The notes beneath the pieces are model-generated. The model was not told where the DNA came from. It did no database searches and saw nothing but the letters and a program-made list of their open reading frames with translations. From assembly GCA_964016885.1 (NCBI GenBank), contig OZ024752.1:22072001-22136000 (forward strand): DNA of 64,000 nucleotides. The letters are read 5' to 3'. The stretch is from Eledone cirrhosa (Eukaryota). Shown here in pieces: positions 9,337 through 20,800 of this stretch. Position 1 is the first letter of the stretch, and each line of letters begins with the position of its first letter. Made by a program: the position numbers and the translations under genes.

Positions 9337-10400
9337 TCATGACACAGTGTAGGAGGAGGGAGTATGAGGCTCTGGTGTAAGAGCATCTGTGTAGGCCCGC
9401 TTCAGTCTATCAATAGAGACTGTGTCTCTAGACCCGTTATAGTCAATAGTGAAATGTTTGTCTGAACGTGCTAGCATGCGATAGGGTCCAGAGTAAGGTG
9501 GGGTGAGAGGAGTTCTCACTGCGTCATTTCTGATGAAAACATGGGTCCACGAGGCAATATCCCTCGGAACTGCCGAGTGTTCATAGGCGGCAGGACTTGA
9601 AAATACGAACGCAAACAGTTCACATAGAGTGTAGGATCCTGAGTAGAAAGATCGACTGGGGCAAGCATCTGCCCTGACAAAGACAAAGGAGCGCCATACA
9701 AAAGCTCGGCTGGGGAGAATCCAAGGTCCTCCTTAACTGAAGTGCGGATGCCGAGTAGTACTATGAGGAGGTAGTCGCTCCAATGTAGAGTATCCGGATA
9801 GGCACGAAATGTGTCCTTCAACTGGCGATGAAAACGCTCCACCATTCCATTAGGTGCAGGATGGTAACTGGTAGTCTGGATATGTTGAGCACCAATGATA
9901 TGTGTAAGCTCCAAGAAAAAGTGAGATTCGAACTGCCTACCACGGTCTGTAGTAATGGTGATAGGAACACTGTAGCGCGATATCCATCCTGATACCAGAG
10001 CTCGCATTACAGATTCGGCAGTAATGTCACTTCAGGCCATCGGGTGAAACGATCAATGCAGGTCAGGATGTTCAAATATCCATGGCTGACGGGCCAAGAT
10101 CCCACGAGATCAATATATATGTGGCGAAAGCATGCATCAGATGTACTGAAAGTACCGAGTGGAGCACGGATGTGTTTATGCACCTTCGACTTCTGGCACA
10201 AGAGACAAAAATGAGACAATGCAGTAATATCGCGTCTCATATTTGGCCAGAAGAATCTAGCCATTATGAGTTTACTGAGGCCGACGCTCCAGGGTGTGAA
10301 AGGTTGTACAGAGCGTCGAATACGATTCTTTGATGAGTCTCAGGAACAAAAGGACGAGGTGAATCGTAGACACGTCGCAGAGAATATCCGAGTCCGCTGT
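9337..10400 (-). pseudogene. Gypsy integrase (zinc finger, DDE core, GPY/F), with frameshifts
   Basis: LSHPG..ARFFWPNMRRDIT..CLLCQKSK; IYIDLVG; [12 protein letters not shown]; [11 protein letters not shown]; [19 protein letters not shown]; PPYSGPY. Split across ORFs 10007-10264, 9516-10007 and 9337-9519. Confidence 0.93.
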
Positions 10401-10789
10401 TGCTGCTGTTGTTGTAGTCACCATCCCTTAACTTCCTTGGTTAACTCAAGTTGCTGAATTGACGTTGGGAGTAGCGGCTGCCACTGTAGCAGGTGGTAAA
10501 GACAAGCGGTACATATTTTCAAAAAGTGGCGAACAATATCCTGAAGGCAAAAAAGTTGAAAAGAATGGCAAAAATATATATATTCTCAGCTATCTGTTTT
10601 AAACCAAACAAAAGCAAAACATAATTAAAATGTCCACCAATGGTGTTGCGTGTGAAAACTTACCTTCAGAAAAACACACCATGTGCGTTTTAAAATCCTC
10701 GCGTGTAGTAATCTCAAATTGTTGCTAAAAAATGTTTTCTTTAAGCAATATTTCCCAAAGAAATATTCCTAAGTCGGATAGGTCACCAC

Positions 10790-10988
10790 TTTAGCAGATA
10801 AATCTTTAAATTATTTTTTTTAGTTGCAAGAAGGATCTTTTAGGAAGATTAGGTTATAAGGCAGCAAATTCCTTTTCTGGGCGGACGTCACTGCTTGGTA
10901 TTTCTACGCCGCCAACTTACCGGCCTGGTGACTGACCAAGAGTAACCCAATTGTTCCGCTGCGATCAGTAGTGCCTTTGTTTGCTACA
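10790..10988 (-). repeat. 5' LTR of the Gypsy element (~270-bp internal deletion)
   Basis: Begins TGTAGCA on the minus strand; the other end (tttagcag) is a degenerate inverted terminus 1 nt from the PBS. Confidence 0.85.
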
Positions 10989-11149
10989 GAATCTGCTGGT
11001 GTCCTTGGCCCCTGAATTTACCTTTGCTTCTTTGATAACTGTTTTCAATCATAATAGTCTTGATTCTTTGTTGGGCTCATGCTGCATCAATAAAATGACT
11101 CTATTACATGTTCCAGCCGACAGACTAAGGCCATGCTGGGGCACTGCCA

Positions 11150-11545
11150 TTGATGCTACACTTTCTATAGCCAGCCTTCCCTGTTTGGCGATTGATGCAA
11201 AAGGGAGTTTGTTGCTGCTGCTCTTATTTGTGCTTTGCCTTATGCTGTGGGTTCATTCAGGATCTTGGTCAGCAGAATGTTGAGATGTCTCTTGAAAACA
11301 TCCACATGCACACCATACAGATCTATCAGACTTTTTGGCAGCTTATTAAAAAGTTGGAGTCTCTTGAACTCCAGGCTATTGCAATATGTGGTTCTTATTC
11401 TTGATGTGACAGATGGGACCTTTGGTACTACACAGTTGTGTCCTGTTTGTGACCCGGTCCTACCTTCAATGCTGAAGTTTGGTGCTAACCCTTCCAGGAT
11501 CTTCCATACGTATATTATTGCATATCTCTCCCTTGAGAAAAAGCT
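11150..11545 (-). mobile_element. 3' fragment of a CR1/L2-group LINE ORF2
   Basis: RERYAIIYVWKILEGLAPN..YCNSLEFKRLQLFNKLPKSL..VDVFKRHLN..NEP resembles the post-RT C-terminal region of CR1-group LINEs; clade assignment and boundaries are approximate. Confidence 0.7.
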
Positions 11546-11619
11546 CAAATGCCTTCCAATCTTCCCCATACCCCACCTTACAATGTTATAGTCTGTATCT
11601 ATGCAAGAAATCATTATTG

Positions 11620-11842
11620 AGAAGGTACAGGTGGTGGATTGGCAGTAGCGTTTGAGCATTGGACAAAATGCTTTGCTGCATATAGTTATGGCCCTTTACA
11701 TTCTGAGTTCAAATCCCACTGAGGTAAACTTTGCCTTTCGTTCTCACAGGGTCAATAAAATAAAGCACCAGTAATGCATTGGGGTTGATTTAATTGACTT
11801 TCCATTCCTCCAAAATTGTTGACCTTGTGCCTAAATCAAAAA
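11620..11842 (+). mobile_element. tRNA-type SINE copy 3, near full length, directly abutting the satellite
   Basis: ggtggattggcag head, gagttcaaatccc B-box-like motif, actttgcctttc..gggtcaataaaataaagcaccag body and gaccttgtgcctaaatcaaaaac tail match copies 1 and 2. Confidence 0.85.
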
Positions 11843-14800
11843 CAGTGGACAGAAGGCAGAGGGTGGTGGTGAACTACCAAAAACAGTGGAGAGAAGGCAG
11901 AGGGTGGTGGTGAACTACCAAAAACTGTGGACAGAAGGCAGAGGATGGTGGTGAACTACCAAAAACTGTGGACAGAAGGTAGAGTGTGGTGGTGAACTAC
12001 CAAAAACAGTGGACAGAAGGCAGAGGCTGATGGTGAACTACCAAAAACAGTGGACAGAAGGTAGAGGGTGGTGGTGAACTACCAAAAACAGTGGACAGAA
12101 GGTAGAGTGTGGTGGTGAACTAACAAAAACAGTCGACAGAAGGTAGAGTGTGGTGGTGAACTACCAAAAACACTGGACAGAAGGTAGATGGTGGTGGTGA
12201 ACTACCAAAAACAGTGGACAGAAGGCAGAGTGTGGTGGTGAAGTACCAATAACAGTGGACAGAAGACAGAGGGTGGTGGTGAACTACCAAAACCAGTGGA
12301 CAGAAGGTAGAGGGTGGTGGTGAACTACCAAAAACTGGACAGAAGGTAGAGGGTGGTGGTGAACTACCAAAAACAGTGGACAGAAGGTAGAGTGTGGTGG
12401 TGAAGTACCAAAAACAGTGGACAGAAGACAGAGGGTGGTGGTGAAGTACCAAAAACAGTGGACAGAAGGTAGAGGGTGGTGGTGAAGTACCAAAAACAGT
12501 GGACAGAAGGTAGAGGGTGGTGGTGAACTACCAAAAACAGTGGACAGAAGGCAGAGGCTGATGGTGAACTACCAAAAACAGTGGACAGAAGGTAGAGGGT
12601 GGTGGTGAACTACCAAAAACAGTGGACAGAAGGTAGAGGGTGATGGTGAACTACCAAAAACACTGGACAGAAGGTAGATGGTGGTGGTGAAGTACCAATA
12701 ACAGTGGACAGAAGGTAGAGGGTGGTGGTGAACTACCAAAAACTGGACAGAAGGTAGAGGGTGGTGGTGAACTACCAAAAACACTGGACAGAAGGTAGAT
12801 GGTGGTGGTGAAGTACCAATAACAGTGGACAGAAGGTAGAGGGTGGTGGTGAACTACCAAAAACTGGACAGAAGGTAGAGGGTGGTGGTGAACTACCAAA
12901 AACAGTGGACAGAAGGTAGAGGGTGGTGGTGAAGTACCAAAAACAGTGGACAGAAGGTAGAGTGTGGTGGTGAACTACCAAAAACAGTGGACAGAAGGTA
13001 CAGTGTGGTGGTGAAGTACCAAAAACAGTGGACAGAAGGTAGAGTGTGGTGGTGAACTACCAAAAACAGTGGACAGAAGGTAGAGGGTGGTGGTGAACTA
13101 CCAAAAACAGTGGACAGAAGGCAGAGGGTGGTGGTGAACTACCAAAAACAGTGGACAGAAGACAGGGTGGTGGTGAACTACCAAAAACAGTGGACAGAAG
13201 ACAGAGGGTGGTGGTGAACTACCTAAAACAGTGGACAGAAGGCAGAGGGTGGTGGTGAACTACCAAAAACAGTGGACAGAAGGCAATGGGTGGTGGTGAA
13301 CTACCAAAAACAGTGGACAGAAGGTACAGTGTGGTGGTGAACTACCAAAAACAGTGGACAGAAGGTAGAGTGTGGTGGTGATCTACCAAAAACAGTGGAC
13401 AGAAGGTAGAGTGTGGTGGTGATCTACCAAAAACAGTGGACAGAAGGTAGAGTGTGGTGGTGAACTACCAAAAACAGTGGACAGAAGGTAGAGTGTGGTG
13501 GTGAACTACCAAAAACAGTGGACAGAAGGTAGAGGGTGGTGGTGAACTACCAAAAACAGTGGACAGAAGGTAGAGTGTGGTGGTGAACTACCTAAAACAG
13601 TGGACAGAAGGCAGAGGGTGGTGGTGAACTACCAAAAACAGTGGACAGAAGGCAATGGGTGGTGGTGAACTACCAAAAACAGTGGACAGAAGGTACAGTG
13701 TGGTGGTGAACTACCAAAAACAGTGGACAGAAGGTAGAGTGTGGTGGTGAACTACCAAAAACAGTGGACAGAAGGTAGAGGGTGGTGGTGAACTACCAAA
13801 AACAGTGGACAGAAGGTAGAGGGTGGTGGTGAACTACCAAAAACAGTGGACAGAAGGTAGAGGGTGGTGGTGAACTACCAAAAACTGGACAGAAGGCAGA
13901 GGGTGGTGGTGAACTACCAAAAAAAGTGGACAGAAGGTAGAGGGTGGTGGTGAACTACCAAAAACAGTGGACAGAAGGTAGAGGGTGGTGGTGAACTACC
14001 AAAAACAGTGGACAGAAGGTAGAGGGTGGTGGTGAACTACCAAAAACAGTGGACAGAAGGCAATGGGTGGTGGTGAACTACCAAAAACAGTGGACAGAAG
14101 GTACAGTGTGGTGGTGAACTACCAAAAACAGTGGACAGAAGGTAGAGTGTGGTGGTGAACTACCAAAAACAGTGGACAGAAGGTACAGTGTGGTGGTGAA
14201 CTACCAAAAACAGTGGACAGAAGGTACAGTGTGGTGGTGAACTACCAAAAACAGTGGACAGAAGGTAGAGGGTGGTGGTGAACTACCAAAAACAGTGGAC
14301 AGAAGGTAGAGGGTGGTGGTGAACTACCAAAAAAAGTGGACAGAAGGTAGAGGGTAGTGGTGAACTACCAAAAACAGTGGACAGAAGACAGAGGGTGGTG
14401 GTGAACTACCAAAAACAGTGGACAGAAGGCAGAGGGTGGTGGTGAACTACCAAAAACAGTGGACAGAAGGCAATGGGTGGTGGTGAACTACCAAAAACAG
14501 TGGACAGAAGGTACAGTGTGGTGGTGAACTACCAAAAACAGTGGACAGAAGGTAGAGTGTGGTGGTGATCTACCAAAAACAGTGGACAGAAGGTAGAGTG
14601 TGGTGGTGAACTACCAAAAACAGTGGACAGAAGGTAGAGTGTGGTGGTGAACTACCAAAAACAGTGGACAGAAGGTAGAGGGTGGTGGTGAACTACCAAA
14701 AACTGGACAGAAGGCAGAGTGTGGTGGTGAAGTACCAAAAACAGTGGACAGAAGGTAGAGGGTGGTGGTGAACTACCAAAAAAAGTGGACAGAAGACAGA

Positions 14801-17800
14801 GGGTGGTGGTGAACTACCAAAAACAGTGGACAGAAGGCAGAGGGTGGTGGTGAACTACCAAAAACAGTGGACAGAAGGTAGAGGGTGGTGGTGAACTACC
14901 AAAAACAGTGGACAGAAGGTAGAGGGTGGTGGTGAACTACCAAAAACAGTGGACAGAAGGTAGAGGGTGGTGGTGAACTACCAAAAACAGTGGACAGAAG
15001 GCAGAGTGTGGTGGTGAAGTACCAAAAACAGTGGACAGAAGGTAGAGGGTGGTGGTGAACTACCAAAAACTGGACAGAAGGCAGAGTGTGGTGGTGAAGT
15101 ACCAAAAACAGTGGACAGAAGGTAGAGGGTGGTGGTGAACTACCAAAAAAAGTGGACAGAAGACAGAGGGTGGTGGTGAACTACCAAAAACAGTGGACAG
15201 AAGGTAGAGGGTGGTGGTGAACTACCAAAAACAGTGGACAGAAGGTAGAGGGTGGTGGTGAAGTACCAAAAACAGTGGACAGAAGGTAGAGGGTGGTGGT
15301 GAACTACCAAAAACAGTGGACAGAAGGTAGAGGGTGGTGGTGAACTACCAAAAACTGGACAGAAGGTACAGTGTGGTGGTGAACTACCAAAAACAGTGGA
15401 CAGAAGGTAGAGGGTGGTGGTGAACTACCAAAAACAGTGGACAGAAGACAGAGGGTGGTGGTGAACTACCAAAAACAGTGAACAGAAGGTAGAGGGTGGT
15501 GGTGAAGTACCAAAAACAGTGGACAGAAGGCAGAGGGTGATGGTGAACTACCAAAAACAGTGGACAGAAGGTAGAGGGTGGTGGTGAACTACCAAAAACA
15601 GTGGACAGAAGGTAGAGGGTGGTGGTGAACTACCAAAAACAGTGGACAGAAGGCAATGGGTGGTGGTGAACTACCAAAAACAGTGGACAGAAGGTACAGT
15701 GTGGTGGTGAACTACCAAAAACAGTGGACAGAAGGTAGAGTGTGGTGGTGAACTACCAAAAACAGTGGACAGAAGGTACAGTGTGGTGGTGAACTACCAA
15801 AAACAGTGGACAGAAGGTACAGTGTGGTGGTGAACTACCAAAAACAGTGGACAGAAGGTAGAGGGTGGTGGTGAACTACCAAAAACAGTGGACAGAAGGT
15901 AGAGGGTGGTGGTGAACTACCAAAAAAAGTGGACAGAAGGTAGAGGGTGGTGGTGAACTACCAAAAACAGTGGACAGAAGACAGAGGGTGGTGGTGAACT
16001 ACCAAAAACAGTGGACAGAAGGCAGAGGGTGGTGGTGAACTACCAAAAACAGTGGACAGAAGGCAATGGGTGGTGGTGAACTACCAAAAACAGTGGACAG
16101 AAGGTACAGTGTGGTGGTGAACTACCAAAAACAGTGGACAGAAGGTAGAGTGTGGTGGTGATCTACCAAAAACAGTGGACAGAAGGTAGAGTGTGGTGGT
16201 GAACTACCAAAAACAGTGGACAGAAGGTAGAGTGTGGTGGTGAACTACCAAAAACAGTGGACAGAAGGTAGAGGGTGGTGGTGAACTACCAAAAACTGGA
16301 CAGAAGGCAGAGTGTGGTGGTGAAGTACCAAAAACAGTGGACAGAAGGTAGAGGGTGGTGGTGAACTACCAAAAAAAGTGGACAGAAGACAGAGGGTGGT
16401 GGTGAACTACCAAAAACAGTGGACAGAAGGCAGAGGGTGGTGGTGAACTACCAAAAACAGTGGACAGAAGGTAGAGGGTGGTGGTGAACTACCAAAAACA
16501 GTGGACAGAAGGTAGAGGGTGGTGGTGAACTACCAAAAACAGTGGACAGAAGGTAGAGGGTGGTGGTGAACTACCAAAAACAGTGGACAGAAGGCAGAGT
16601 GTGGTGGTGAAGTACCAAAAACAGTGGACAGAAGGTAGAGGGTGGTGGTGAACTACCAAAAACTGGACAGAAGGCAGAGGGTGGTGGTGAACTACCAAAA
16701 ACAGTGGACAGAAGGCAGAGGGTGGTGGTGAAGTACCAAAAACAGTGGACAGAAGGTAGAGGGTGGTGGTGAACTACCAAAAAAAGTGGACAGAAGACAG
16801 AGGGTGGTGGTGAACTACCAAAAACAGTGGACAGAAGGTAGAGGGTGGTGGTGAACTACCAAAAACAGTGGACAGAAGGTAGAGGGTGGTGGTGAAGTAC
16901 CAAAAACAGTGGACAGAAGGTAGAGGGTGGTGGTGAACTACCAAAAACAGTGGACAGAAGGTAGAGGGTGGTGGTGAACTACCAAAAACTGGACAGAAGG
17001 TACAGTGTGGTGGTGAACTACCAAAAATAGTGGACAGAAGGTAGAGGGTGGTGGTGAACTACCAAAAACAGTGGACAGAAGACAGAGGGTGGTGGTGAAC
17101 TACCAAAAACAGTGAACAGAAGGTAGAGGGTGGTGGTGAACTACCAAAAACAGTGGACAGAAGGCAGAGGGTGATGGTGAACTACCAAAAACAGTGGACA
17201 GAAGGTAGAGTGTGGTGGTGAACTACCAAAAACACTGGACAGAAGACAGAGGGTGGTGGTGAACTACCAAAAACAGTGGACAGAAGGCAGAGTGTGGTGG
17301 TGAACTACCAAAAACAGTGGACAGAAGGCAGAGTGTGGTGGTGAAATACCAATAACAGTGGACAGAAGACAGAGGGTGGTGGTGAACTACCAAAACCAGT
17401 GGACAGAAGGTAGAGGGTGGTGGTGAACTACCAAAAACTGGACAGAAGGTAGAGGGTGGTGGTGAACTACCAAAAACAGTGGACAGAAGGTAGAGGGTGG
17501 TGGTGAACTACCAAAAACAGTGGACAGAAGGTAGAGGGTGGTGGTGAACTACCAAAAACAGTGGACAGAAGGCAATGGGTGGTGGTGAACTACCAAAAAC
17601 AGTGGACAGAAGGTACAGTGTGGTGGTGAACTACCAAAAACAGTGGACAGAAGGTAGAGTGTGGTGGTGAACTACCAAAAACAGTGGACAGAAGGTACAG
17701 TGTGGTGGTGAACTACCAAAAACAGTGGACAGAAGGTACAGTGTGGTGGTGAACTACCAAAAACAGTGGACAGAAGGTAGAGGGTGGTGGTGAACTACCA

Positions 17801-20800
17801 AAAACAGTGGACAGAAGGTAGAGGGTGGTGGTGAACTACCAAAAAAAGTGGACAGAAGGTAGAGGGTAGTGGTGAACTACCAAAAACAGTGGACAGAAGA
17901 CAGAGGGTGGTGGTGAACTACCAAAAACAGTGGACAGAAGGCAGAGGGTGGTGGTGAACTACCAAAAACAGTGGACAGAAGGCAATGGGTGGTGGTGAAC
18001 TACCAAAAACAGTGGACAGAAGGTACAGTGTGGTGGTGAACTACCAAAAACAGTGGACAGAAGGTAGAGTGTGGTGGTGATCTACCAAAAACAGTGGACA
18101 GAAGGTAGAGTGTGGTGGTGAACTACCAAAAACAGTGGACAGAAGGTAGAGTGTGGTGGTGAACTACCAAAAACAGTGGACAGAAGGTAGAGGGTGGTGG
18201 TGAACTACCAAAAACTGGACAGAAGGCAGAGTGTGGTGGTGAAGTACCAAAAACAGTGGACAGAAGGTAGAGGGTGGTGGTGAACTACCAAAAAAAGTGG
18301 ACAGAAGACAGAGGGTGGTAGTGAACTACCAAAAACAGTGGACAGAAGGCAGAGGGTGGTGGTGAACTACCAAAAACAGTGGACAGAAGGCAGAGTGTGG
18401 TGGTGAACTACCAAAAACAGTGGACAGAAGGCAGAGGGTGGTGGTGAACTACCAAAAACAGTGGACAGAAGGTAGAGGGTGGTGGTGAACTACCAAAAAC
18501 AGTGGACAGAAGGTAGAGGGTGGTGGTGAACTACCAAAAACAGTGGACAGAAGGTAGAGGGTGGTGGTGAACTACCAAAAACAGTGGACAGAAGGCAGAG
18601 TGTGGTGGTGAAGTACCAAAAACAGTGGACAGAAGGTAGAGGGTGGTGGTGAACTACCAAAAACTGGACAGAAGGCAGAGTGTGGTGGTGAACTACCAAA
18701 AACAGTGGACAGAAGGTACAGTGTGGTGGTGAAGTACCAAAAACAGTGGACAGAAGGTAGAGGGTGGTGGTGAACTACCAAAAAAAGTGGACAGAAGACA
18801 GAGGGTGGTGGTGAACTACCAAAAACAGTGGACAGAAGGTAGAGGGTGGTGGTGAACTACCAAAAACAGTGGACAGAAGGCAGAGTGTGGTGGTGAAGTA
18901 CCAAAAACAGTGGACAGAAGGTAGAGGGTGGTGGTGAACTACCAAAAACTGGACAGAAGGCAGAGTGTGGTGGTGAACTACCAAAAACAGTGGACAGAAG
19001 GTACAGTGTGGTGGTGAAGTACCAAAAACAGTGGACAGAAGGTAGAGGGTGGTGGTGAACTACCAAAAACAGTGGACAGAAGGCAGAGTGTGGTGGTGAA
19101 GTACCAAAAACAGTGGACAGAAGGTAGAGGGTGGTGGTGAACTACCAAAAAAAGTGGACAGAAGACAGAGGGTGGTGGTGAACTACCAAAAACAGTGGAC
19201 AGAAGGTAGAGGGTGGTGGTGAACTACCAAAAACAGTGGACAGAAGGTAGAGGGTGGTGGTGAAGTACCAAAAACAGTGGACAGAAGGTAGAGGGTGGTG
19301 GTGAACTACCAAAAACAGTGGACAGAAGGTAGAGGGTGGTGGTGAACTACCAAAAACTGGACAGAAGGTACAGTGTGGTGGTGAACTACCAAAAACAGTG
19401 GACAGAAGGTAGAGGGTGGTGGTGAACTACCAAAAACAGTGGACAGAAGACAGAGGGTGGTGGTGAACTACCAAAAACAGTGAACAGAAGGTAGAGGGTG
19501 GTGGTGAAGTACCAAAAACAGTGGACAGAAGGCAGAGGGTGATGGTGAACTACCAAAAACAGTGGACAGAAGGTAGAGGGTGGTGGTGAACTACCAAAAA
19601 CAGTGGACAGAAGGTAGAGGGTGGTGGTGAACTACCAAAAACAGTGGACAGAAGGCAATGGGTGGTGGTGAACTACCAAAAACAGTGGACAGAAGGTACA
19701 GTGTGGTGGTGAACTACCAAAAACAGTGGACAGAAGGTAGAGTGTGGTGGTGAACTACCAAAAACAGTGGACAGAAGGCAATGGGTGGTGGTGAACTACC
19801 AAAAACAGTGGACAGAAGGTAGAGTGTGGTGGTGAACTACCAAAAACAGTGGACAGAAGGTAGAGTGTGGTGGTGATCTACCAAAAACAGTGGACAGAAG
19901 GTAGAGTGTGGTGGTGAACTACCAAAAACAGTGGACAGAAGGTAGAGTGTGGTGGTGAACTACCAAAAACAGTGGACAGAAGGTAGAGGGTGGTGGTGAA
20001 CTACCAAAAACTGGACAGAAGGCAGAGTGTGGTGGTGAAGTACCAAAAACAGTGGACAGAAGGTAGAGGGTGGTGGTGAAGTACCAAAAACAGTGGACAG
20101 AAGGTAGAGTGTGGTGGTGAACTACCAAAAACAGTGGACAGAAGGTAGAGTGTGGTGGTGATCTACCAAAAACAGTGGACAGAAGGTAGAGTGTGGTGGT
20201 GATCTACCAAAAACAGTGGACAGAAGGCAGAGTGTGGTGGTGAACTACCAAAAACAGTGGACAGAAGGTAGAGTGTGGTGGTGAACTACCAAAAACAGTG
20301 GACAGAAGGTAGAGGGTGGTGGTGAACTACCAAAAACTGGACAGAAGGCAGAGTGTGGTGGTGAACTACCAAAAACAGTGGACAGAAGGTAGAGTGTGGT
20401 GGTGATCTACCAAAAACAGTGGACAGAAGGTAGAGTGTGGTGGTGAACTACCAAAAACAGTGGACAGAAGGTAGAGTGTGGTGGTGAACTACCAAAAACA
20501 GTGGACAGAAGGTAGAGGGTGGTGGTGAACTACCAAAAACTGGACAGAAGGCAGAGTGTGGTGGTGAAGTACCAAAAACAGTGGACAGAAGGTAGAGTGT
20601 GGTGGTGAACTACCAAAAACAGTGGACAGAAGGTAGAGGGTGGTGGTGAACTACCAAAAACAGTGGACAGAAGGTAGAGTGTGGTGGTGAACTACCAAAA
20701 ACAGTGGACAGAAGGTAGAGGGTGGTGGTGAACTACCAAAAACAGTGGACAGAAGGTAGAGGGTGGTGGTGAACTACCAAAAACTGGACAGAAGGCAGAG

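Larger units (their letters stand above)
8524..10988 (-). mobile_element. Gypsy/Ty3 LTR retrotransposon, internally deleted (~2.47 kb)
   Basis: Two homologous LTRs, PBS TGGTGACC (10788-10781), PPT ATGGAGGGGTAAA (9030-9018), integrase remnants; possible 4-bp TSD gagt/gaat with one mismatch. Confidence 0.9.

Noticed and set aside
11640-11725. tRNA gene suggested by gagttcaaatccc (also ~5764-5776)
   Set aside because: No cloverleaf can be formed; the motif is the B-box-like part of the SINE.
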